DNA from: Ascidiella aspersa
Taxonomy: Eukaryota
Length of the DNA stretch: 64,000 nucleotides
NCBI GenBank assembly: GCA_963924565.1
Contig: OZ004608.1
Coordinates: 32,922,001 to 32,986,000, forward strand
Direction: 5' to 3'
Shown: in pieces, positions 24,001 through 35,100 of the stretch
How the letters are laid out: each line of letters starts with the position of its first letter
Position numbering within the stretch: the stretch's first letter is position 1
Position numbers and translations under genes: made by a program
Notes under the pieces: model-generated
What the model saw: only the letters and a program-made list of their open reading frames with translations
Told to the model about the DNA's origin: nothing
Databases searched by the model: none

Positions 24001-27000
24001 TCCCTTCTTCGTCCTTTTAGCCTTCAGCTTTTCAGGCTGGTTGCACGAAACAAAGGCCAAGATATAAACATGAAATATTTAAGCAACTGAAGGGCAAATG
24101 GGAATTTTATCCAGGATCCTATCGACTTGGGTTGTGGCCTATAGGCTACATCTTGATCTTGTTTCTTGGAGAAACGTCTTTGCTATTTTGTGGAGTCGGG
24201 CAACAAAACATTCGATTTTGCGGAATTGGCGATATTGGTGACATTAATTTTGTTAGGTTTAGCGACTACTAAAAGAACATTTTAATTCACCAAAATATAT
24301 TGTTCTATTAGCGTAACTACCACAGTCGTAGAGTGTCGAGTTTCTACAACGTCAATATATACAGTCAGAACAGAATGAATCTCTCGCAAGCCAACACATG
24401 CGAAGTGTCACCGTGCTACTTACAGCGACTGACAACTACCAGTAGCAAGACAAGACGTTTGCGGTGGAACAGCTGTTGCGCGATCACATCAACTGACAGC
24501 AGACATTAGGCGACAGTCAGTTTCGCTATGAACGAAATGCTGCGTATAGACATCCGATTTGCATCGACAACTTTTGGTATATTGGACGGGCTACGGTGAT
24601 GTTGAAAATCAAATCAAAGTTTTATTGGTAATTCTATAGGAGGCCGAAAATTAACAGACAAATTTTGCCTGAAAAACTAAGTTACCTTGGAATAGTTACG
24701 GTTGTGTTCTTACACTCATTTCAACGCTGTACATAGCCTACTAATTATATAGGTGCGTCTTAATCAAACAAAAAGTTTGAAGACTCAAAAAGTATTCGTT
24801 CACAAATAAATTAAACAATCATGTCAGAACTGCGCACACTTTCACACATTTTTGCACTCAGAAAAACTATTGCGCACTAATATGGCAGGACATAACAAAC
24901 TTATAAGGTGGCAATACTGGTGTCCAGGTTATTTATTTTTCCCTTTCGCCTGCGAAAAACCTGCAGTTATAATGAAGTAAATAATTTCAATTTCCAAAAT
25001 GAAACAATTTTTTAGGTAGTTTAATTAAAAAAAAACACACTTTGATTGTATTTAAACTTCAGTTCAGTTTCACATTTTTTTTACCGAGGCGTTTTAATGG
25101 CCCTAAGAACTTAATACAGTGGTGCCCTATATGCGTCATTAAAAGTAAAAACAAAATAAACCACGTAATATATTATAATTATACATCGAAAATATAGAGA
25201 GGTTTAAGATGATACCTGAAAAATAAATATACGCAAAAATATATTACAACCGGGCCACTGTTGAGGTCTAAGTCGTCTGACAAACTCCAATCACTTCATT
25301 AATTACTGAAGCACTATTGAAAATTCGGCTATGAAAATTTCTGTGGTGCCTCCTTTCCTTGTTTACTTTGCCTAATGGTCAATCCGGCCCTGGGTATATG
25401 AAAATGCGAGTCGTTTAAAATTGCTTTCCGCGCCCAGAATTCAAGGCGGCCTTCGACATTTTCGTGACCGACTCTGAGGACGGCACCATCTCGTCCAAGG
25501 AGCTGGGAAAGGTGATGCGAATGCTGGGTCAAACGCCCACTGAGAGCGACTTGACAGAGATGATTGAGGAGGTCGACGTCGACGGTAGCGCACATTCCAC
25601 TGTGTGACGTCACAATCGGCATATTTTGAAAAATGCTGTTGCTGCTCCATGTCACTTAACTTCACTGCGAATGCACCATTCACCACCTACATTTCATTAA
25701 CTTCGTATAGCGACCAACGGGTTGGAATTGAATGAGCAGCGAGTTAAGCGCCTTTATTCGGCGTGTAACTCAACCGTGTGACGTCACAATTGGCATATTT
25801 TGAAAAATGCCGCTGCTGCTGCTTGTCACTTAACTTCACTGAGAATGCACCATTCAACACTCACGTACTATTAACTTCGTATAGCGACCAACGAGTAGGA
25901 CTTAGCGAGTTAAGCGTCTCTACTCGGCGGGTAATTTCACTGTGTGACGTCACAATTGGCATGTTTTGAAAAATGCTGCTGGTGATCACTTCACTTCACT
26001 GCGACAGCACCATTCACCACCTATATAGCATTAACGTTCAGCGTCTCTACTCGGCGAGTACTCGGTAAAGTATTGCCGGAATTGTTTTTCGCAACTCGTA
26101 TGATATTAGTATCTGCATGGCTTGCTGTTATTTTTTCACTTTTGTGAACTAATTTTGTTTAAAATGCATGACTAATTACAATTGTTTATTAGCGCTCATT
26201 TTTTTTTGTTATTTGAACTTTAGTCTTTTTAATCTAGCATTCACCCTACGTAGTTGCCTCATTTCTATTGTGCACGATTTCACCTATTTTTGCTTTAAAA
26301 AAGCTTAGGTTTCCGTCAAATCTATTTTATCTCCTTTTTAATTTATTCTGAATCTTGTCGGATTTAAATTTATACCGAGATCTTTAGATTTGTTAACGAT
26401 TAGACAGTTTATTTTTTTACAATGTATTAATCCAGTTTTTTTTTACAATTTTACCTAAATGCAGTCAATTCGGCTATTTAAAAATATCAAATTCCAAGTT
26501 TTCTTTACAATTTGGTAAACGTAGTTGTTACAATTTATCAACAGCTATAGCTATTCTGTTTTGACTTTGCCAGAATCAAGCCGCTATCTTTGTCATAAAT
26601 CAAATCCCAACTAGATTTTACCAGTGTACCTAAAGCCCAACAGATTCACGAGCCACGTCAAGCCAGTTTAACCTGTTTTCGGTCGCGTTAAGGCAGCGGA
26701 ACGATCGACTTTGAGGAGTTCTGCCTGATGATGTACAGACAGATGCAGGCCGACCAGGAGGCCAAGATCCCGGAGCGAGACGAAAAGGAACTGGCCGAGG
26801 CTTTCCGCCTGTTCGATCTCAACCACGACGGCTTCATCGACATCGAAGAGCTTAAGGTAGGTGTTGGGATTTTTGTTTTTGGAAAACTTGCGACATGAAT
26901 AGGACTGGTTGGTCTGCCGTTTCAGGATGTGAGATATGCGCATTTGCCGTAATATATAGGCCTACCAATAAATGGAAAAATATAAATGACCGTCAAAACG

Positions 27001-29922
27001 AGGGGTTAGGGTAGAATAATTTTTATGTCCAAACGTATGAAAGTGCTGGGATTTTAGTTTTTTGGGAAAAATATGCGACATAAGATAGCGCTGATTGATC
27101 CGCCGTCTCGGCATGTTCGATATGCGTATTTATGGTGTTATATTCCGAAACAGATATTTTAGGCAAACATATAAAGGCTGTCAAAACGAGTGAAAAACTT
27201 AAAAAATAATTTAAAAAAAATTTAAACTTTTTTTTCACTTAGCCTTGTACTTAGGTCAATGTTTATTAACACATTTTTTTTGCTCAAAAGTCTGTGCTTT
27301 TTTTTTAAACTCGCAACATAGATAGGGTTTGGTCTGCCGTTGCGGGATGTTCGATATACCTATTCATGGCATTTTATATTACAAAACAGCGTTTTTACGC
27401 AAACATATAATGACCGTCAAAACGCGGGTGAAAGAAAAATCCTTTTCATACCCAAATGCATAAGTTTTTAGAGATGATGTCATAATGTCCCGCCATAAAA
27501 CGGAACTTTAGGGAACTTAATGGGTGGATTTTGTGTTAAAATCTTAATATAATTACATGCAACGAGTCGTCGACAATGATTTGGGCAACTAGAAAATCAT
27601 TTTATTCAAGTTAAAATTGGCAAAAATATCATTAGAAGGGACGTTACGGATTAAAACTAAAAAAATTGTCTCAGAACGAGACTTAAACAGGCGAAAATTA
27701 TAGTTTTGGTCATCGTCTTGTAAAAAAATACCGGTACGGGATACCGGCAATCAATATTTTAACGAGCGCCGTTTCGCTTACATTTACAACTCAAAAACAA
27801 AAATGTACTTACATTTAACTCATAAACGGGCAAATTTGAGTCGTAAGCTATCTTCGTCATGGTGTTTTGGAGTTTTGTTGACGAGGGGGGTGTGTTGTTG
27901 GGTTGCGGATTTAAGAGATGTGCGATTCTTGTATATGTTCAGACAGATTCACGACATATTAAGCTAAAACTACGTCAGGTGAATTATTTTAATCAAATTG
28001 TCGCTGACTGAAGAGATTTCATGGCTAGACTACCTTACGTTACCTTACAGCGCTATCCAACCACGAGCGATACGACCGAAATATTCTTTTGATTGGCCTG
28101 TTTTAATTCAATATAGCCCGAGATGTTGTTTAAGCTAACTACAGTAACTAGTGTTGTAATGACTTAAGTGAATGACTTGACTTTGACGTATGAACAAACG
28201 ATTTCACTCAACTTGAGTATTTTAAACAAATAACTTGGGTTGAAATAAAGTGTTTTCATTTATTATATTTAGCAAAATTGGTTATTTATCTTAAGTTTTG
28301 CACATAAAAATATTTGCTTGCTTTATGTTGCGTATTAGATTATTTTTTACCAGAGTATTGCTCATATTCCGACGAATTTATAAATTTTAATAGTTTAACG
28401 ATTAATTTTTGTGACAAGGACTTGAATTGCTCTAACTATGACTTCACTTGTTTAATTAAAAAATACTTGACTTGGATTTAACTTCTGTTACAAATGACTT
28501 GACTTGGTCCTAAGTTATTTCACAAATGACTTGTATACAACACTGTATGTGGCCTAGTTATGTTATTAGCCGACTGTAACAACGTATATCTTTTCAACCA
28601 GGCGGCATTGGTAGGAACCGGTGAATGCATTGATAAGTGGGAGGTTGATGAGATGATGTCAGATGGCGACAAAAATCAAGACGGACAGCTCGATTATGAA
28701 GGTAAAAAGTCGCATAACATCCGTTGCCGTTTTGCACAGTATACTTTAAACAACGTACTTAACATTCTGCAACGCCTCTTTTACAGAATGTCATGCGGTA
28801 AATGAATTAAATTTCTGAACCATGACCCTTAAAATATAAGCCTTTTTAAATTTTTTTTTCATTGCAAAAACTATAACCCAATTAGTTTAAATGAGCAAGG
28901 TTTTTTTCAAAATGCCATGCAGTAAATAAAAAAACAGAAATATACACATTTTCACTTAACCAGTTATCATCGGCTAATTTGCATTCCATTATTTGAAAAA
29001 ACATTTTTTTTTTGCTTTAGGGTGATACAGATCAACGTTGTCCTGAAGTTTAACCCACCGTAATACAGCAGAATAAAACTTCATTAGCACAGTAGAATTT
29101 TTGCGTAAATTAAAAATTTATACTTCGTTTACACCAGAAGAGCGATTTCTATCTATTGATATGTTGCCTGGTGGAGCTAACTCTATTATTTAAACATTGT
29201 TTTAAAAAAAACAATATAATGACGTTGAGCATTATTGTTACATTGAATGTGTGATATTTAAAATCACCTTGACCCTTGCAAAACAAATGTCGATTTTAAC
29301 AGAAAAGTGGCAGCAACATAGTCTAACAATGCTAGTATTCAGGTCGGATACTTTGATGTTAAAAACTATAGCCAGCGAAATATATAATATATACAAATAT
29401 TCTAACATTTTTATAAAGTGTCGCCTGACCTTCATACTTAGCACTGTGACGTTGATTTCTAGAAAAACAATGCCCATTGCTTGGGAGCATGATAGCGTAG
29501 TCTCGGCAATTGCTTAACATAACTAAAATAGTAATCGTCTAAAAACAATATTTGTATTCATTCGGACTTCCTTTTTTGTTTTGCAGTGTGGGTGAACCTA
29601 ATTACTTGGCAAAACTAAAACATGTTCAATACAATAAACCGTGCAAGTCTTTTGGACCAAGACTTGACTTGGACTTAGTCATGGAGTCAAATAGCTTCAG
29701 TTAAAAAGAGCTGTCGCTCATAAATCGCCCGAGTTTGCCAAATTAAATAGTTCAACGTTTCATTTTTACGCCGAAGTCTTCTAGTTTACATACTCCAATA
29801 ATGACTTGGCTGTCAAATTGAGTACAGGACTTCATTTATTTTTGAAATAATTTAACTTGAAACTTAAAATGATTTTTCAACTTGCAGAATGGGTGAACTG
29901 GATGAAATTCGTTCCCGCCTAG
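21045..29922 (+). CDS. TnC: Troponin C (ascidian type), 159 aa with the distal last exon
   Basis: Exons: ATG only 21045-21047 (|GTGAGT); 21703-21733 ([10 protein letters not shown]); 3a 23453-23599 or 3b 25438-25584; 26693-26856 ([19 protein letters not shown]...[18 protein letters not shown]); 28602-28701 (AALVGTGE...[11 protein letters not shown]); 29888-29922 ([11 protein letters not shown]). Phases are consistent and there are four EF-hands, with a cardiac-type insertion in site I. AATAAA at 30088. Confidence 0.93.
21091..21360. repeat. Two-copy ~147-bp tandem repeat in TnC intron 1
   Basis: GGTTATTGTTCTT(T/C)ACGGGAG...AAATAAGCGC(T/A)CAGAAAAA occurs at ~21091 and ~21238. Confidence 0.7.
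22790..23369 (-). mobile_element. GACTT-family MITE, reversed and truncated, interrupted by a hammerhead-bearing insert
   Basis: AAGTCAAGTC arrays and terminus TTACAACACG at ~23369. Sequence at ~23000-23200 is unrelated to the family, and ~23050-23085 resembles ~29260-29295. Confidence 0.7.
23102..23144 (+). ncRNA. Minimal type-I hammerhead ribozyme motif in TnC intron 2 (sense)
   Basis: GATATA-CTGACGA-T-GCC-TTGGATT-GGC-GAAA-TATA-TA^TATATC. The core is intact and stem I (GATATA/TATATC) is a perfect 6 bp. Confidence 0.8.
23453..23599 (+). CDS. TnC: TnC mutually exclusive exon 3a
   Basis: 147 nt, phase 1-1, (E)[48 protein letters not shown](G). Donor GTGAGA. Confidence 0.9.
25438..25584 (+). 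CDS. TnC: TnC mutually exclusive exon 3b
   Basis: 147 nt, phase 1-1, (E)[48 protein letters not shown](G). Donor GTAGCG. Confidence 0.9.
25598..26063. repeat. Three-copy ~170-bp tandem repeat, each unit with the palindrome TGTGACGTCACA
   Basis: Palindromes at 25603, 25777 and 25943, each followed by ATyGGCATrTTTTGAAAAATGC...CACTT(A/C)ACTTCACTG...GCACCATTCA. Confidence 0.88.
26905..27430. repeat. Three degenerate ~105-bp repeats in TnC intron 4
   Basis: A TTGGTCTGCCGT...GATGT...GATATGCG...CGTCAAAACG-like unit occurs at ~26905, ~27092 and ~27325. Confidence 0.65.
28149..28545 (+). mobile_element. GACTT-family MITE, full length
   Basis: TAGTGTTGTAATGACTTAAG...GACTTGTATACAACACTG, colinear with 1503-1917. 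No TSD retained. Confidence 0.8.
29587..29618 (+). CDS. TnC: Putative alternative TnC terminal exon (6a): (V)WVNLITWQN*
   Basis: Strong acceptor CTTCCCTTTTTTGTTTTGCAG in the correct phase. It starts TGTGGGTGAAC, close to the distal exon's AATGGGTGAAC, and has its own AATAAA at 29633-29638. Confidence 0.72.
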
Positions 29923-32106
29923 ATCCGACAAATTTGAACGCAAGTTCGGGAGAAAGCGCGAGGAACAATCACCGTTATTTTATCACAACACAACAACAAA
30001 CAAGTCATTGTTCTTGTCCAAAGTCGCCCCGAATGTTTCTTTCGTCATTGTAGAAGCGCCAAAAACTGGAAACGCGTCGCCTGCCCGAATAAAAGGCCAG
30101 TTTAAATAGCCACGAAACAGCGCCCGAGTTCTCTTTTGAATCGGACTTCGCAGCCAGTTTGAAAAAATACGTTAAAATACATAGGGAAAGCTTTTTTTCG
30201 CACACTGATATTGTGCTGTTTAAGTTTTAGCTGCACAAAAACATGGTAATTAATTAGGCGAATTCAAATTGCGGTACCACGTAAAGCGCCTTTTACTTCT
30301 TAAAATCCTAATCTACACCCAGGTTAAAAAAGTACGATACAATAATACCCTTATTTACTCTAATGTTTCGGCCCATATAAGAATTTGGCGACTTCGAATG
30401 GCCGGACCAAGAAAAAGCCTCATTTACTTCTTAGAATCGAAATCCTCCGTACTCAAAAAAAGTACGAATAATTTATACCTTTTTTCTCAATTATGGATGG
30501 CTGTTTTAAGCATCCCAATAAACGAAAACAGGTTAAATAAATCAGCGGCTTGTATCCGCAGTAGGCCTAGTACGTAAAACACATTTCTTAAACCTTAGAA
30601 TTTTTTTGCAAAAGTGAGTAAATCGCCGATAAAAACGTCCGCGAACTCACAATTCTTAAGTTGTTCATGCGATTTTCAAAAACAATAGCAATATATAGAG
30701 TGGCTGTTAGGCGTCTAAGTGATATTGGCGGCCGGCACTTGAAGTTTGTGCAGCAGAGTTAACAAGGTTGAATCCCCAGAGATATCGACTGCGAACTTTC
30801 GAAATGGGCGATCCTTAATTGCGCAAGAATTGATCAATTAGACAGGGTACGTATGGCTGCCACAGGGCACTGCAGTGAGCATTCCCTAGGAAAGTCCTGT
30901 GTTGCACGACTACATTAAATACGTTGTGGTCGCCAAATATCTTTTTGATTAAACCCTACACCAAAATTGGACGATTAAATACGACAAAACCAGCTTTTTG
31001 GCATTGCAATTTAATTTCAAAGACAATATTTCATGCCAAATGGCGTCACTGGCGTGGTTTTGGCCAAGCATTCCATGTCAAAGATCTGGAAGGTGCTAAT
31101 GCAATCGGGTGGTCTGTTGTGCGTCAGCGGTTCGCGAACTAAGTTTGGTTGGGAAATCAATTTAAGCGAACGCTTCGGGCACGTTAAAACGCAGCCGTGT
31201 CAGCCTAATTTTAAGTTTTGACAGGTAAAAAAAAATGCAAATACCTCATAAATGTTTAGAAGTAGCATTGCCTGTGCTACAAAACCCACATGCCTAGCGA
31301 ACCGTTCAGGTTTGTAGATTAGGACTATACAACAACGGGTATTTACGTTTGACAACAGTTTGAGACTTAGTCCATTTGCTATGCCTAATGCTTCATGTTT
31401 CATGTCCGTAAAATTGCAGAGGTAAGCACCAAAAGTAGTTTATATCTCTTAAGTTTAGCCTTGAATTATAACGAATAAAATCACTTTACAGAAGCTATTG
31501 AAACGGCGTAAGTTATTCTGAAACACAAACTGCCTTGCGAGGTTTTAACCATAATAAGACTCATATGTAGCTGACTTATTTAAACGTGCTTGCACGCTGC
31601 ACTTAACTAAAAATAAGCAACAATACGAGTGGGTTCGAGGATGTGTTTTACGGCCACCTCTGGTAGCAGTTTACTTTGAAGTGTTGTGTGATCGTCAAAA
31701 AGAAGTGCATAGTAAAAGAAGAAAGCACACAGTACTCTGGTTCCTCCAAATTGTAGAAACGCCGCATAAGAAATCTTGAGAGTTTTATGATTTTATATGA
31801 AAATAAAAGTTACAGAAAGGTATACCCAAATCCAACCACGACCAATCGCAACCAGTCGACCTCAAAACGATTTTTTAAGAGAGAGTTCAAAAACAGACTG
31901 GCCAATAGAAAAGTGTTAAGGAGATTTAAAATATAAAAAATCCCCATAAATTGGTTCTTATGTAAGCATATTTATATGTACGTTAAAAAATCCACCAGTT
32001 CTTTCAAAAATTGTGTGCAGTAATAATAACGCAGAGTATAAGCTTGAAGTACTACAAAAATAAGTCAAAAATCCCTTATACTTACACTGAAAACAGGAAA
32101 CAGCAG

Positions 32107-35100
32107 CTAGCTAACGTATGAGGCGGCCCTCTGGTTATAAAGTATCCAAGGTACCACAGAAGCTGCCAGCACCGCTGAACTGAACCAGGGGTGGAACCTC
32201 AGCCAGCAGATGGCGATAGTGAGCAGGGAGAGCCAGACTGCAAGCGTGAAATTGAAGAAGGCAACGGTTGCCGGGACAACGCTTCTCACTATAGGGATCC
32301 AATCGACTAAAAAAACATACGAAAGGTTGTTGTTGGATTTTTACCATGAGAAGCGTCTCTGGATTGCTAAGAGGCCTAATTTTTATGTAAGGTTTGGTGA
32401 GGTCGCAAGTTGTTTACACATACTTGCGTTATTAGGCCAGAAATCGACTGTGGAATTTAGAAATTCCGTTATTTGATATGTGCAATAAGCAATGGCTTTG
32501 GTTGGCTTGAACGCTTAAAATAGGAGGGTTTGTGTCTTAATAGACACAACGTGTTACCCAGTCCTAAAAGAGTAGTAGAATTGGTAAACTAATTTTTACT
32601 GTAAGATAACAGGTTGCGGTTACTAAGCTCTTTAGATTCGAGAAAACAACATTCTTCCCATACACCAAAGTTTCACACAAATTTGGAAAAAAAACATCTT
32701 CCCCTTTCTAAAAAATACAACATAAAAATATATAAAATATGAATTAAAACGTCATACTCATAACAACACAAAACTAGTTTCCCATAAGGCTATGTCTTAA
32801 TTGGTATATAGATGGAAAATAATTTTTTTAGGGGGAATACAGTGTTCTAATGATACGTTACGTTTATATTTGGCAAGGGAACTTTAAAGTAACTGATCCT
32901 GTACATATTAGTTTAAGCAGAGCAGTGGTTCCTAAACTTTTTTTTGTGCGGAAAGAGGGAAGGCATTGAGTTTTTAGAGAAGGCACATAATTTGACGTCG
33001 TAAAACAAGTATATTTAAGTAAACCATCTTTTTTTTCTAAATGTATTGTCTTTTTCTAAATTGTGACATTTCTTAAATCATTCAATAACATTTTAACTAG
33101 GCCTTTATCGACCCCTAAACGTACCAACAAGTGGTCCATGGACCCTAGTCCAAAAACACCTGAAGTATAGATTAGCAACTGTGTATCTCATTTCATCCAA
33201 GCAACCGCAATACCAAAGCAATTTCCCCTTACCCAGAGTGACTATGATCCTTGACATAATGCTGAGGCCCATGTACATGCAGACAAAGCCGGCCAAACGA
33301 CAGAGCCACGTGGTGAAATTGTTGCCAGATCTTTGAGAGGCGAAAATCTGTTCAGAGCTGAGTGAACCTCGGTAGAGAAACTCAATTGATCGACTCCTTG
33401 TGATTGGAAACGGCTTAAACTGGTCGTTTTGTAGCATAGCAATGATGCTCACCTGTAAATAGGATTTTGCAAAATTTTAGCGGGCTCTGTAAGAATACTA
33501 AGGTAAATTAAATGCTCTTGTTTGATTTAAAATTTTAATTAAAAATTGTAACATAGGACTGATACTTACTTATAACATTTCCACTCTGCATGGAGTATAA
33601 AATACCATTTCCACCAATAAAGGCAGTATAAACATGTTAGATAAAACCTTCCAATAGATAGGGATACATTTGGTTTATCCTAAATATTTTGAAGCCGAAT
33701 TTTGTGCCCATTTTAACCACTTAAATGCAAACAGTTTTGCGCTAAACTCATTAGCTTTACACTTGTTTTAGCCCATTTGGTATATCTTGTCAACATATTT
33801 AAAACAGGTGCCTCTGGCAATATATATTATTTTCTACCAACGTTTCGGCTTACTATCCAGCAAGCCTTCGTCAGGGACTGACACACAAAGCCAACAAGAC
33901 GCAAAGTAAAATCACAATAAGAAAAAAGGAGATAAAAATGTGCGAGACCGTCTGTTTCGCGAATCCTGGCAGATACACCGAACGCCGGATACGATGAACA
34001 TCAAAACGGACGTTTTGTTTCCAGCACCGGCAGGTGCTTAAAGATAACCACTAAATTGCGCGTTGTCTTATCGCTTTATATTTTGAACGTTGTTTTATCG
34101 CTGTGAATTTTGAACGAGTCTCGCACACACGCCTGAATCTTGTGAAAGTTTGCTAACTTTAAAGGGACGAAGTCTTTTGTCGCCATACCCTTGAAAATAG
34201 CTGATTCATGCTTGTTTTCAGTTGCATATTTGCGCATGAGACTTATTTTATAAGGGGTCGCCTTTCGTCATACCCCCTCAAACAAAATTATGGAATCCTG
34301 TCTTGATCATATCCTATTCATGTGAAATAAAATTTGCTTAAATGTGTGAATAAAAGCCACCTAAACATAATCTATAAAATATTGTTAGGGTACCTCTGGT
34401 ATTAATCTAGCTGAGGAAAGGTGTGAATGTAAGTGAGGGAGAAACAGGTAATTTTCATTTCTGGCTAAATATGTGGCTAGTTGCAGTTAACCAAGTAAGA
34501 AATGTAGCTCTTGGGCTGGCTAGGCCTCTGCCCTAAGAAATTTTAGGATAACATTTGATTAAGCCTCATTTTTTTGGCTATTTTATTTATTTATTTATTT
34601 TTTTGCTTTGAATACTAGAGCCATCACCCCAGACACGACGTATGCTACTTTTTTTAAAATAAACAAAGAAGAGAAACCTTATCAGGTGGATTCTGAGCTT
34701 GATGTTCTAGGAGTGACACCCCTGCACATTGATAGGAAACTCTGAAGTTGCCAACTTTTGGATTGGCAGGGTCACCATGGAAGAAATACTTGTCGTGAAG
34801 TTGCATTCCACTTTTTTCTGCCTTTGGTAACCGAAGAACTGGTTCGAACCAGTTTATTTTGGCAATCAGTGTTGATGACAATGCAACTTTGTCGACATGA
34901 ACACTGTTAGCTGTGAATTCTTGACTTTCAAGTACAAAGTCCCTAATAAAAAAACACTTTTTAAACTTTTTAATAATTGAATTAAATTAAATATTTATTT
35001 ATTTTAAAAACATAAGAAATTATTAAAGTTAGTTTCTTTTCCAAGGCACACCAATGCCTTTTCTCAATTAATTTTACCAAACTAGATTATTTACCCTACA

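Noticed and set aside
25598-26063. Palindromic repeats at regular spacing, superficially CRISPR-like
   Set aside because: The intervening sequences are homologous to each other rather than unique spacers, the context is a eukaryotic intron, and there are no cas genes.
23425-28805. Calmodulin, or two tandem EF-hand genes
   Set aside because: The site I insertion, long linker and C-lobe match troponin C. Only exon 3 and the last exon are duplicated.
30600-31400. ORFs between TnC and TMEM43
   Set aside because: No recognisable protein similarity or splice chain. Probably UTR or intergenic sequence.
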